The notes: generated by a model not told the origin, from the sequence alone. Counted from the first letter of the stretch, positions 1-8,800 are shown. The stretch: 64,000 bases of DNA from an uncultured Nesterenkonia sp. (GCA_946222885.1 CAMIAK010000001.1:230806-294805); one strand, 5' to 3'. Translations and numbers: made by a program.

Positions 1-187
1 CGAGAGACCCCTGGCCGTCGGATTCCTATCCGTCGCCGCGCTGATGTACCTCTACAGCGTCATCGAGGCCCAAGTACTCAGCGACGGAAACCGGTGGCTA
101 CAGATCGGGTTCGTCGTCATCGCCCTCGGAGGGCTCGCCGCCCGGTGGTTGAGAATCCGGAAAGCGAACTACGACCCCGTGACATAG
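1..187 (+). CDS. 4-TM membrane protein, 3' fragment (copy 1 of the gene at 43221..43661; 5' end lies left of the window)
   Basis: Sequence identical to 43475..43661; ends at the TAG at 185-187. Confidence 0.5.
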   Translation, partial: ERPLAVGFLSVAALMYLYSVIEAQVLSDGNRWLQIGFVVIALGGLAARWLRIRKANYDPVT

Positions 188-197
188 GAGGGCTCTC

Positions 198-527
198 ATG
201 GGGGACGAGAACCCTCTGATCTACCTACTCGGCGGCGGATCACTATCGCTACTGATGGCAGCATTCATCAAAGGCGCGTGGGACTGGCTGAAAGGCCGAC
301 ACGAGCGAGAAAGAGCCCAGTCTAAGGACCGCCGCGACACCATCACCACCTTGAAGCAGGAGGTCCGGGACGCTGAGGCTGAGGCCGACGAGGCTCGGGC
401 AGAGTCCATCCGCCACCAGCGCCGAGCCAGCGTCCTCTGGGAGTACGCCTACCGGCTGAGGCGGCACACGATCAGCACCTACCAGGCTGACCCAGACAGC
501 CTCCCGCCCTGGCCCGAAGACCACTGA
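198..527 (+). CDS. lysis-cassette protein with N-terminal TM helix and charged coiled-coil tail (holin/spanin-like, hypothetical); copy 1
   Basis: 109-aa ORF with a GGGSLSLLMAAFIKGAW transmembrane segment followed by a charged helical region; sits immediately upstream of the endolysin; identical to 43672..44001. Confidence 0.5.
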   Translation: MGDENPLIYLLGGGSLSLLMAAFIKGAWDWLKGRHERERAQSKDRRDTITTLKQEVRDAEAEADEARAESIRHQRRASVLWEYAYRLRRHTISTYQADPDSLPPWPEDH

Positions 528-588
528 CCACACCCACAACCCCCGCTCCACACAGACGGGGGTTTTCTCATGCCTGAAGGAGGCCCCC

Positions 589-747
589 ATGGGGAAGCAC
601 CTGGTACACGACGACATCCCTATCGAGCTCGACGACGACGTGGATGTGTCCCTGCTCGACGCAGACCCGGACGACGAGGACAGCGGACTGGACCTGGAGA
701 AAGTCTACGCCGATGAGCTGGCCGACGCTGAGGAGGTGGAGGCATGA
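589..747 (+). CDS. small acidic protein (52 aa); copy 1
   Basis: ATG preceded by GAAGGAGG; very Asp/Glu-rich; its stop overlaps the endolysin ATG (ATGA). Confidence 0.4.
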   Translation: MGKHLVHDDIPIELDDDVDVSLLDADPDDEDSGLDLEKVYADELADAEEVEA

Positions 748-1898
748 GCACGATCATCTCCCGCGCCTCCTGGGGTGCTCGATTCCAGGACGGCTACGGT
801 AATCGCCCGGTCGGATCGCTGGCTGTGTACGGGCATCACAGCGTGACCGGCCACAGCGGCCCGTCGGCCACCTTCGCTCAGGACTGCGCCGCCGTGCGCA
901 CCGTCGAAAGGGTAGGGCAACAGATCTACCGAGTCGGGATGAGCTACACCTTCCTGATCCCGCCGTCTGGTCGGATCTTCCAAGGTGTCAGCATCGGCCG
1001 CGTCTCGGCCCACACGATCAACCGGAACACCGGTGGTGCCGGGATCTGCTTCATCGGCAATTACGAGCGCGAGTCCCTGACTGCCGCACAGATCGCGGCC
1101 ACAGCATGGCTCCTGGACCATGGGCGGCGGCAGGGCTGGTGGACCACTGACCGGTTCACCGCCCTGCACCGTGACGTCTTCGCCACCGCCTGCCCCGGCA
1201 GGAACGCCGTCAGTCCGCTCCGGGCTGTCCGGGCGTCCAGCGGCTCCACCTCCACCACGGGCGCCGGCTCCACCACCAATAGCCTGACCGGCTTCCTCCG
1301 CGCCACTCGCGACACGGAGCTGCGTAGCGGCCCTCTGTCCACGCACAAGAAGGTCCGCGACGTGAAGGAGGGTGAGCTGCTGATCGGCTCCGGGCAGGAT
1401 AGTCAGTGGTGGACTGGAGTCGGTGACCTTTGGGTGCCGAAATCCGCAGTCGAGAAGCGCAAGCACGGCGGTTCCAGTGACGTCCTGCACCACGGGCAGT
1501 GGCCCGACCGGGACCTGCCGCTGGACGCCAACCGGAGCCGTGAGTTCTTCCTCGCCTGGGAGGACCTCCTGCGCCGCACCGGCGACTGGAGCGACCGGGA
1601 CGGCAGCGTGCACGCGGCGATCAAGCGGTGGCTCCGCGGTGCATGGAACCCCGCCGCCAACTCTGGCAAGGGCTACGGCGTCGGCTGGGGCAAGGAGATG
1701 ACCGGCCAGTACGGGCGCGGCCTCAAGCGGGCACTACGCGACCGGGGCTTCTTCTCCGGCGACGTCTCCACCGGCGCATGGACCGACGAGCTCACCCGTG
1801 CGGAGAAGGCGTTCCTCAACGACCAGCGCCGCCACCTGGCACCCCAGCCGCCCTCGGCCACGACCCATACCCGCGCATTCTCAGGAAAGGTGCACTGA
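744..1898 (+). CDS. endolysin: N-acetylmuramoyl-L-alanine amidase (PGRP/Amidase_2) with C-terminal PG_binding_1-like domain; copy 1
   Basis: N-terminus shows the Amidase_2 pattern with His-His and a CPG zinc ligand (AVYGHHSVTGH ... ATACPG); the C-terminus has a GRGLKRALRDRGFF...TRAEKAFL peptidoglycan-binding motif. Confidence 0.85.
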   Translation: MSTIISRASWGARFQDGYGNRPVGSLAVYGHHSVTGHSGPSATFAQDCAAVRTVERVGQQIYRVGMSYTFLIPPSGRIFQGVSIGRVSAHTINRNTGGAGICFIGNYERESLTAAQIAATAWLLDHGRRQGWWTTDRFTALHRDVFATACPGRNAVSPLRAVRASSGSTSTTGAGSTTNSLTGFLRATRDTELRSGPLSTHKKVRDVKEGELLIGSGQDSQWWTGVGDLWVPKSAVEKRKHGGSSDVLHHGQWPDRDLPLDANRSREFFLAWEDLLRRTGDWSDRDGSVHAAIKRWLRGAWNPAANSGKGYGVGWGKEMTGQYGRGLKRALRDRGFFSGDVSTGAWTDELTRAEKAFLNDQRRHLAPQPPSATTHTRAFSGKVH

Positions 1899-1900
1899 TC

Positions 1901-2227
1901 ATGGCAGGAACCCCCACACAGCAGGCCCACCCGTGGAAAGCAGCCCTACGAACCGCGGTGCAGACCTTCCTTCCCCTGATCCTGGGGCTGATGATCGCAG
2001 GCCCGGAGATCGTGGAAGCCTTCGCTGACGTGCCCACTGATGGTGCCGCGTGGGCCACCCTCGGCGGTGTAGCAGTCGGCCTGTCTGCCGTGGCCGGTGC
2101 GCTGGCACGAGTCGCCGCAATCCCCGCCGTAGAGAAGGTGCTGATCCGCCTGGGTCTCGGCACCGGGGTCGAGAAAGAAGACCCCTGGGAAGTCGTCGAC
2201 AACCCGCCTGCACGCCCCGCAGAATAA
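1901..2227 (+). CDS. holin-like 2-TM protein; copy 1
   Basis: ATG overlaps the endolysin stop (TGATCATG); two hydrophobic helices (FLPLILGLMIAG, LGGVAVGLSAVAGALA) and a charged C-terminus. Confidence 0.6.
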   Translation: MAGTPTQQAHPWKAALRTAVQTFLPLILGLMIAGPEIVEAFADVPTDGAAWATLGGVAVGLSAVAGALARVAAIPAVEKVLIRLGLGTGVEKEDPWEVVDNPPARPAE

Positions 2228-2250
2228 GTACCGGAGCGAACACCGACAGA

Positions 2251-2294
2251 GCCGCCCCACCTTGCTTCGGCAGGGTGGGGCGGTTGCTTTTTTG
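2251..2294 (+). terminator. rho-independent terminator after lysis operon (copy 1)
   Basis: GC-rich stem GCCGCCCCACC...GGTGGGGCGG followed by a TTTTTT run. Confidence 0.7.
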
Positions 2295-2397
2295 TGTCCA
2301 AAACACGATTAGCCAGGTAGAATGAGAGCGGCCCCAGAGAGTGCTACCAACACTCACCAGGGCCTGACCCACTCACTTGAGATAGCAAGGAGGGGCT

Positions 2398-2931
2398 ATG
2401 AAAAAGCCTACCCCGATCACATCCATCCCCGAGTCCCAGGCCGAGATCGCTCGACTGCGGATTACACGCAACACGGACGTCTCGCCGCATGGTTGCTGGG
2501 AATGGAACAAGGCTCTCGACCGGTATGGATACGGTCGATTCCGCATCACATTGGCTGGTCAAGTTCGCTCCTCCGGCGCCCACCGCATATCTTGGCTTGT
2601 CTTCCGTGGGGAAATACCTGACCCGCGCTTGCAGATTGACCATCTCTGCCGCAACCGTCGATGTGTGAATCCCGATCATCTGGAACTCGTCACGAACTAT
2701 CAGAACTACGAGCGGGCAGCACCCTTCCCGGAATGGCAGTTCGGCGTTCGGGGCAGTCGTGGCCGCCCGCCTATCCGCACCAAGGAAAAATGTGCACACG
2801 GTCACCCATGGATCCCCGAGAACATCTATGTACGCGTGGATCGCAACGGATATGTCCACAAGACCTGCAAGCAGTGCAACCGCATTCGCAGCCTCGCGGC
2901 AAAGGTGAAGCGTCGGGCAAGCAGTGCCTAG
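2398..2931 (+). CDS. HNH endonuclease (HNH_3-type, free-standing); copy 1
   Basis: Motifs HGCWEW..YGYGRF..AHRISW..DHLCRNRRCVNPDHL..TN; RBS AAGGAGGG upstream. Confidence 0.85.
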   Translation: MKKPTPITSIPESQAEIARLRITRNTDVSPHGCWEWNKALDRYGYGRFRITLAGQVRSSGAHRISWLVFRGEIPDPRLQIDHLCRNRRCVNPDHLELVTNYQNYERAAPFPEWQFGVRGSRGRPPIRTKEKCAHGHPWIPENIYVRVDRNGYVHKTCKQCNRIRSLAAKVKRRASSA

Positions 2932-3127
2932 CCCAGGTCATACGGATCCCGCCATGATGACTCGGCCCGGCTGATCCTGTTTACCCACCCCGCAGGCACC
3001 CATGCGCTGCGGCTTTCGTGTGCCTAGGTGGCGTGAGGCCGGCCTCGCAAGGACACTAGTAGGTTCTCAGGAAGTCAACAGTCGCGACATCTCCTCCATG
3101 GCATCCTTAGCCGCAGGGGGTGGAGGC

Positions 3128-4243
3128 CTACGATCCCAGCGCCCGCGCCGCGTACCCTGCCGCCTCGAACTGCGCATCCGGCATCAGGTGTCCGTACACA
3201 TTCCTGGTCATTGTCTCGTCGTGTCCGAGGTGTGCGGCGAGCTTCCACGTCTCCATGCCGGCCGCCAGCATCAGTGACGCATGGGTATGCCTTAGCGCAT
3301 ACAGCGTTGGTTTCTTCGCCAGCTTGCCTGCTGTCCGAGCCTTCTCGGCAGCCCTGGAGAAAGCTCCAGACAGGGAGTCCTCTGACATCCAGTCGCCCCG
3401 AGCTCCGGGGAAGAGGCGTTCCTGGGACTCCCTGCCCTCACATCGCCTCTTCAGCATCTGCACCGCCGACGGTGGTAGCCCAATCGACCGGCGGGACGCC
3501 CGGGACTTCACCGGGCCAAGATGCTCGCCCTTCTCGCGGTCCTGATTGATAGCGATTGTCACCCGGATTACCGGCTGCTTTTGGTCTAGCCAGCAGTCCC
3601 CGACAGTGAGGGCGCGCAGCTCAGCAGGCCGCATACCGGTGGCAAGCATGAGCGCTGCTGCATCCTGGTAGGGCTGCGGAATCCGGTCAATGATCGCTTG
3701 GGCTTCGGTTCTGGTGAGGAACTGGTGATGCTCGGCCTCGTCTGTGCGCTCCACAGGAGGGAGCATCCCTGCTTTCATCGGGTTTCCAGACCTCCAGCCG
3801 CGCTCCTCGGCGTGCAGGAAGATGCTGGATAGCCAGCCGCAGATGTTGTGGATGTACTTCGGGCTCAGCCCCTTCTTCTCCAGGGAGATCACGAAGCGGC
3901 GGCAATCGTCCTCGCTGACCGTGTCCACCGGCCAAGACCCTAAAGTAGGACTGATGTGATTCTTGACGTAGGTCCGATAAGTCTGCACCGTGTAGGAGCG
4001 CGCTCGAAGCAGCTCCATCCTGTGCTCTGAGACCTGATTTACAGTCTTGGCGCGGGAAGACTGGCGTGCCAGTGCCTCGGCGGCGCGCTTACTGTCGCCG
4101 CCTACCTCCTCGATCAGTGACTTCCAGAGGTCTGCCTTCTCCCGGGTGGGCCATGTCTTGGATTTCTTGATGCCTTCTGGTGTGCGCCATACGACGCGGT
4201 ATGTCGTCCCCCTGGGACGCTCGCGGACTTCGATGCTAGCCAT
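3128..4243 (-). CDS. int: tyrosine integrase (phage integrase family); copy 1
   Basis: Arm-binding N-terminus (RPRGTTYRVVWRTPEGIKKSKTWPT) and a C-terminal catalytic region with R..H..R..Y (LRHTHASLML...HDETMTRNVYGHL); adjacent to the att site. Confidence 0.9.
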   Translation of the reverse strand: MASIEVRERPRGTTYRVVWRTPEGIKKSKTWPTREKADLWKSLIEEVGGDSKRAAEALARQSSRAKTVNQVSEHRMELLRARSYTVQTYRTYVKNHISPTLGSWPVDTVSEDDCRRFVISLEKKGLSPKYIHNICGWLSSIFLHAEERGWRSGNPMKAGMLPPVERTDEAEHHQFLTRTEAQAIIDRIPQPYQDAAALMLATGMRPAELRALTVGDCWLDQKQPVIRVTIAINQDREKGEHLGPVKSRASRRSIGLPPSAVQMLKRRCEGRESQERLFPGARGDWMSEDSLSGAFSRAAEKARTAGKLAKKPTLYALRHTHASLMLAAGMETWKLAAHLGHDETMTRNVYGHLMPDAQFEAAGYAARALGS

Positions 4244-4340
4244 GCCCTGATTCTAAGGGATTCTGGGGGACATAATTCCGTAACTGGGGGACTGGAAGCG
4301 ATTCGACACCCTCGGATCGGCATTATTCCGGCCCTCATTC

Positions 4341-4363
4341 GGCGGAGCGTGTGGGATTCGAAC
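4341..4363. other. attP-like core: last ~23 nt of tRNA-Ser (GGCGGAGCGTGTGGGATTCGAAC) at the phage-phage junction of the tandem prophage
   Basis: Identity with the 3' end of the full tRNA-Ser at 47815..47837; identity with copy 2 ends exactly at 4363/47837, after which phage left-arm sequence begins. Confidence 0.6.
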
Positions 4364-4466
4364 TCTCCCATCGCTGACTCCCGGCATGGCCCTGCATCCC
4401 TGCAATGACGCGGAAGTAGCGGCATTCGGAGAGGCCGTACGGTATGTACGTGTAGGGCGGTATGAG

Positions 4467-4492
4467 ACGCAAAAATACGGCATCTTGTCCCC
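4467..4492. terminator. hairpin plus T-run (bidirectional terminator between att and the repressor operon)
   Basis: Near-perfect palindrome TGTCCCCCAGGGGGACA followed by GCCTTTTTAT; a T-run also follows on the opposite strand. Confidence 0.55.
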
Positions 4493-4508
4493 CAGGGGGA
4501 CAGCCTTT

Positions 4509-4982
4509 TTATGACGTGGATATGACCGGCGCGATGGTGCCCGCGTAGACCTCTACCAGCCGGGGGAGCACGCCCAGCTCTTGGGCGACGGACTGGGAGC
4601 AGTCGGGGTAGATAGCGGTCGCCAGGGTCCACTCTGCGGGACTGATCAGCAGCCATGCTGCGTAGGTGTCGGCCTGGTCCTCGTGCTTCAGGGAGGTCCA
4701 CCGGTGGCCGTGGTGGGCGTGACCCAGCTCGTGGGCAAGCGTGGACCTGTACTGGATCGGCCCGAGACCGGAGAGGAGCCGGATCGTCCTGTGCCGGTGG
4801 TCGTATTCTCCCCACCTGCCTCGGCGCAGACTGGTCCGGTGCTCCACGTGCACGCCCATCCGGTGAGCGATCCCCTCAAGATCAGCCATGAGAGGGACGC
4901 TACCGGCAGGCAGGGACATGGCTACGTGGCACTGAATCAGGAAATAACTGTGCCCCCAGGCGAAAGCCCAGGGGCACAGCAT
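4509..4982 (-). CDS. ImmA/IrrE-family metallopeptidase (COG2856)
   Basis: HEXXH motif LAHELGHAHHGH with downstream Glu; last gene of the leftward repressor operon. True start may be the internal Met (MSLPAG...). Confidence 0.75.
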   Translation of the reverse strand: MLCPWAFAWGHSYFLIQCHVAMSLPAGSVPLMADLEGIAHRMGVHVEHRTSLRRGRWGEYDHRHRTIRLLSGLGPIQYRSTLAHELGHAHHGHRWTSLKHEDQADTYAAWLLISPAEWTLATAIYPDCSQSVAQELGVLPRLVEVYAGTIAPVISTS

Positions 4983-4994
4983 GCAAGGTTAATA

Positions 4995-5201
4995 TCAGCC
5001 TGTGGCGCGAAGGCGGCGAGCAAGGGTGTTAGCGCGCTTGGCGGTCTCATAGGCACGTCGATCCCGGAATACCAGGACTTCGTTTCGGTCACTTCGTTCG
5101 AGCTTGTAACCGGTCTCGTAAGTGGTGCCCCTCTGAACGCGCACCACTTTCTTATCGCCATTTGAAGGGGTGACGGACTTACGTTTAACCATGCGGATCA
5201 C
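4995..5201 (-). CDS. small basic hypothetical protein (68 aa), lower GC
   Basis: ORF in the repressor operon; AT-richer codons than its surroundings. Confidence 0.4.
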   Translation of the reverse strand: MIRMVKRKSVTPSNGDKKVVRVQRGTTYETGYKLERSDRNEVLVFRDRRAYETAKRANTLARRLRATG

Positions 5202-5694
5202 CTTCCTCTGGTGACTTCAGTGTATCCCCGCCAGACGTCTCTTGCTTGACTTCCTTCATCCTGTCCGTGAAGCTTTCCCAATCGTTACCGGGTGCGCCTC
5301 CTCCAGTGTTCTCGAAGACAGTATCGAGAATGGTAGTCATCAGTTCGGAGATGAAGAATCGGTCATCAGGGGTGACGTTCCAGTCCCACGCTTTGCGCGC
5401 TGCTTCATCGGGCTCTGAGTTCTCGTCTAGCTGAGATGTGTACGGCTCCTCTGAGCTAAGCATTCCCAGCATAGTGATTCCAAGCCCGACCTCGTTGAGG
5501 TCTTTACTGTGGCATTTGTCTATGGCGTATTGGACTCTGCGCCACCATTCGGCCTTGATGTCAGCCTGTTTTCGGTTAGAGATCGAACGCCAGGCAATGG
5601 CGCCTGCCCCTGTGGCTGCTAGCAGGGTTGCTATCGCGGCACTGTATTCAGCCCACATGGGGCCGGACTCAACGACTATTTCAATGGTGCTCAT
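5185..5694 (-). CDS. membrane-anchored hypothetical protein (169 aa), lower GC
   Basis: Single TM segment (AAIATLLAATGAGAIAW); sits between the repressor and ImmA. Confidence 0.45.
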   Translation of the reverse strand: MSTIEIVVESGPMWAEYSAAIATLLAATGAGAIAWRSISNRKQADIKAEWWRRVQYAIDKCHSKDLNEVGLGITMLGMLSSEEPYTSQLDENSEPDEAARKAWDWNVTPDDRFFISELMTTILDTVFENTGGGAPGNDWESFTDRMKEVKQETSGGDTLKSPEEGDPHG

Positions 5695-6179
5695 GGGCTG
5701 TGCTCTATGTCGTCGGGCCCGATCTGACCGTGGTCGCCCTGGTGCAGACTGTCGTCTGCGGCTAGGTCGTAGTCGTCGGGGTCTTCTGTGGCCGCACTCC
5801 CTGCGGCCTGATTCATGGGGGCGGCGTCTCCACGATGCCCCACCTCCTCTCCGTGTCCCTGCTCTGCCGCCACGGCCCTAATCAGCTCCGTAAGTGCGTC
5901 CTGGGTGCGCTTCGAGAGGCGGTGAACCTCGGTCGGCGGCTCCCATGCACGGGGCTGGATCTCTTGGCCGTGGGTGAGCTTGTAGATCTCCTTGGCAGGC
6001 ACGCGCAGAGCCTTCGCGAGAGCGTTGATCGTCTCATCACCGGGGGTGTGATCCCCGTGGACGGTGCGACTCGCAGTGCTCTGAGACATTCCGGCGCGCT
6101 CGGCAAGGCGACGGATAGACGAGAGTCCCGCCTTCTCCATCAGCTCCTGCCACTGCTGCGGCGTCTGTCTACGTGCCAT
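5691..6179 (-). CDS. XRE-family HTH repressor (cI/ImmR-like)
   Basis: HTH_3 motif IRRLAERAGMSQSTASRTV; divergent from the cro-like gene; alternative TTG start at 6200. Confidence 0.75.
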   Translation of the reverse strand: MARRQTPQQWQELMEKAGLSSIRRLAERAGMSQSTASRTVHGDHTPGDETINALAKALRVPAKEIYKLTHGQEIQPRAWEPPTEVHRLSKRTQDALTELIRAVAAEQGHGEEVGHRGDAAPMNQAAGSAATEDPDDYDLAADDSLHQGDHGQIGPDDIEHSP

Positions 6180-6379
6180 GAGGACAACCTTCTGAGACAA
6201 GGGGAAGCAAGGGCAACACCGAGTGTAGACGTTGCGGTTACAAACTCAGCTCAGATTCCCCGTGAATGCCCACAATTCAGGCGTTTACGGATGGGTTGCG
6301 CCCTGTAATCGAAGCCGTGTACAGTGAGTCTTGCATCGCCGAACACGGCGGGGTAAGGTTTACACATCAGGAGGAATCA
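6180..6379. promoter_or_regulatory. divergent repressor/cro switch region (operators not resolved)
   Basis: ~200-bp intergenic region between the divergent HTH genes; contains a CCGTGT..ACACGG inverted repeat and recurring GTTTAC/GTTAC half-site-like motifs. Confidence 0.4.
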
Positions 6380-6682
6380 GTGAGGACCTTCGCCAAGACC
6401 AGTCGAGGAGGAGTTTTCTTCGTGGAACTCATCAGCACAGATGCGCTGCGGCAGTACATGCGCTACCGCAACTACAGCGTCAAGGGGCTGGCGGATCGCA
6501 TCGGAGTCAGCAAGGCAACCATCGGCCACCTGCACTCAGGGGGCCGGAAGACGGTGGGGCCGGAGATTGCCAAGTCCATAGAGCGAGCACTGGACGCGCC
6601 AATCGGGTCTCTCTTTGTACCCAAAGTGAGTCATGGTGCACGCACCGGCGTCCACGCTAGCGGACGAAAGCAGGCGGCGTGA
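6380..6682 (+). CDS. Cro-like XRE HTH regulator
   Basis: GTG start 6 nt after AGGAGGA; HTH LADRIGVSKATIGHLHSG; ORF-track start 6266 is probably too far upstream. Confidence 0.65.
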   Translation: MRTFAKTSRGGVFFVELISTDALRQYMRYRNYSVKGLADRIGVSKATIGHLHSGGRKTVGPEIAKSIERALDAPIGSLFVPKVSHGARTGVHASGRKQAA

Positions 6683-6813
6683 TGGTGTACATCGCTATCG
6701 CCATCGCACTGGCCTCTATTTGCACCAGCGGCCTGAGTATTTATTGGGCCAAAGAGGCAGAGCGCATCAACGAGAAGATACGAGAGCTAGACCGGAGAGA
6801 CGGGGAGCTATGA
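6682..6813 (+). CDS. small membrane peptide (43 aa)
   Basis: Overlapping TGATG start with cro; MVYIAIAIALASICTSGLSIYW transmembrane segment plus a charged tail. Below the ORF-track size cutoff. Confidence 0.4.
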   Translation: MVYIAIAIALASICTSGLSIYWAKEAERINEKIRELDRRDGEL

Positions 6814-6815
6814 GG

Positions 6816-7289
6816 TCACTCCGCGAAGAACCCGCGAGGAGCAAACTCGGAGATGTTCCCTTTCTGCGTCTGGAACTGAACCCGCAGGCTGATTCTCAGC
6901 GGAGGCGGGATGTGCATCGGGGAGTCGGACTTCGGTTTTCTTCGCAGGTTAGCCAAGCTGATCTCCCAACGCTCTTGCTTAGTGATCGGTCGTCCCACGT
7001 GCAAGACATTGGGCGCCCCGCTCCCGACCGTCAACGTGACGATCGGATCAATCGCGGGGTCGTCAGAGTGGTTCAGCACAGCAAGCACGGACCGACTCGC
7101 GTCCCACTCGTATTCGAGCTTCACCACTGCATTCTCGGCACGTCTCTCAAACTCCGCGTTGCTGATCAGGACCGAGCGCCGCGTGTACCGGACAGCAAAA
7201 ACGGATACGACGAAGGCAGCCACGGCTATTCCAATGGCTATCCACTCACCTGGGGCGACATCGTTCAGGAACTGAAGCAGCTCTTCCAC
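6816..7289 (-). CDS. antisense-oriented membrane protein (157 aa), candidate superinfection-exclusion/lysogenic-conversion gene
   Basis: N-terminal TM (WIAIGIAVAAFVVSVFAV) plus a soluble domain; opposite orientation to the early operon; amino-acid composition looks genuine, unlike the overlapping Arg-rich 6633..7352 ORF. Confidence 0.55.
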   Translation of the reverse strand: MEELLQFLNDVAPGEWIAIGIAVAAFVVSVFAVRYTRRSVLISNAEFERRAENAVVKLEYEWDASRSVLAVLNHSDDPAIDPIVTLTVGSGAPNVLHVGRPITKQERWEISLANLRRKPKSDSPMHIPPPLRISLRVQFQTQKGNISEFAPRGFFAE

Positions 7290-7371
7290 ATCGACACCCT
7301 ATCCACCCCCAAGAAAAATGCCCCCGCAGTTGCAGCTGCGGAGGCGAAGTGATCAATAAGGAGATCGATCA

Positions 7372-7698
7372 ATGTCTACTCTACAGAAACTCATCGTCAA
7401 GGGCACGCACGACGAGCTGCCCAACGCCAAACACGGACGCTACAGCCGGTCCAACCCGCTGTGGGATGCCGTAGCCGAACAAGCACGGGACGCCGCCGGC
7501 CGCTGGGTCGCGTTCGAGATCCCGGGGCGCGGCTCCAAGAGCCTCGGCTCAGCCCGAACACACATCAAGGCAGGCAAGTACACCGCATTCTCAGACGGCG
7601 CTTGGGATGCCGCAGTGCGCGGAAACCTCATCTACGTCCGCTACTTGGGCGAAGCGTCCGCGGAGGTTGTGGACTTCAAGAAGGCGGAGGTGGCGTGA
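7372..7698 (+). CDS. hypothetical protein
   Basis: 108-aa ORF; RBS AAGGAGA upstream. Confidence 0.5.
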   Translation: MSTLQKLIVKGTHDELPNAKHGRYSRSNPLWDAVAEQARDAAGRWVAFEIPGRGSKSLGSARTHIKAGKYTAFSDGAWDAAVRGNLIYVRYLGEASAEVVDFKKAEVA

Positions 7699-8480
7699 TG
7701 GTGGAGATCATCCACGAGCAGCAGGACCAGCTCATCCCGATCAGGGAGCACGACGGCCAGCAGGCTGTCAGCGGCCGCGACCTCCACAGCTTCCTGGGTC
7801 TTGGCCGGGACTACACCACCTGGTTCAAGAAAATGACCGAGTACGGCTTCGTAGAGGGTCAGGACTACCTCCCCATTTCGGGGGAGGTTGCCCGAGAGGG
7901 ACGCGGGAGCGTCGAGCGCAAGGATCACGCGATCACTCTGGACATGGCGAAGGAACTGTCCATGATCCAGCGCACCGAGCGGGGCAAGCAGGCCCGCCAG
8001 TACTTCATCGAGTGCGAGAAGCAGATGAAAGCCCAGCCGTCCCGAGCGCTCACCTTCGAAGAGAAGACGCTGGAAGTCCTCCAGGGACTCTCCCAGCAGG
8101 TGGAGACTCAGCGTCGAGCGCTGGCAGTGGCAAAACCCAAGGCAGAGGCGTATGACGACTTCCTCTCCGACGGCGGCGACTATGACCGGCGCGGGGCCGC
8201 TTCCATCCTCTCCCGCCGCCACGGAGTCAACATCGGCCAGAACCAGCTAACCGACCTGCTCATCTCATGGGGCTGGATCGGAGAGGACCGACGGCCCAAG
8301 TACCCGTACACGGCGCGAGAGTACTTCACCTCCCGCCCCTACAAGGACCCGATCCTCAACGAGAAGACCGGGCAGTACTTCACCCCCGCCCCTCAGCTGC
8401 GCATCACCGCGAAGGGTATCGACGCCATCGCGAAGCGGATCAAGCGCGCTGAGGCGACCCCGAAGGAGATTGCGGCATGA
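7698..8480 (+). CDS. antirepressor (Rha-family N-terminal domain plus KilAC C-terminal domain)
   Basis: ATGA overlap with the upstream gene; N-terminal region (SGRDLHSFLGLGRDYTTWFKKMTEYGF) reads as Rha-like, C-terminal half as KilAC-like. Confidence 0.7.
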   Translation: MVEIIHEQQDQLIPIREHDGQQAVSGRDLHSFLGLGRDYTTWFKKMTEYGFVEGQDYLPISGEVAREGRGSVERKDHAITLDMAKELSMIQRTERGKQARQYFIECEKQMKAQPSRALTFEEKTLEVLQGLSQQVETQRRALAVAKPKAEAYDDFLSDGGDYDRRGAASILSRRHGVNIGQNQLTDLLISWGWIGEDRRPKYPYTAREYFTSRPYKDPILNEKTGQYFTPAPQLRITAKGIDAIAKRIKRAEATPKEIAA

Positions 8481-8800
8481 GGCAAGAGCGCCTGTACAAG
8501 ATCCGTGTCATCGAGTCCGACGAGCCAGATGACTTCGACTACGACGAACCCTGGGAGTCTGACCCGAACCCGCCCGGGTGGCGCGAGTACGCGCAGCAGC
8601 ACCCGCGGATCCCGGATGACGCCGACTTCTTCATCCCCCGGAAGGCGTGGGGAATCTTCCGCAGCAGGTCCAGCGCGAAGGACAAGCTGGCCTACTTCAC
8701 CCGATGGGGCATTGAGGCCGAGATCGTGGAGTGCACCCCGGCCTGGGAGAGCATCCCGGCGGCCAATGCCCGCCGTGCCCGCGAGAGGAGCGCCCGATGA
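8477..8800 (+). CDS. hypothetical protein
   Basis: 107-aa ORF, translationally coupled. Confidence 0.5.
   Translation: MRQERLYKIRVIESDEPDDFDYDEPWESDPNPPGWREYAQQHPRIPDDADFFIPRKAWGIFRSRSSAKDKLAYFTRWGIEAEIVECTPAWESIPAANARRARERSAR

Noticed and set aside
4114-4815. 233-aa minus-strand ORF spanning the attP-like junction (and its partner 47588..48133)
   Set aside because: It crosses the int/att/ImmA junction. The two copies diverge exactly at the repeat boundary, so it is not a real gene. It is useful only as confirmation of where identity ends.
6633-7352. 239-aa plus-strand ORF after cro
   Set aside because: Arg-rich wrong-frame composition. The region is better explained by the 43-aa peptide (6682..6813) and the antisense 157-aa membrane protein (6816..7289).
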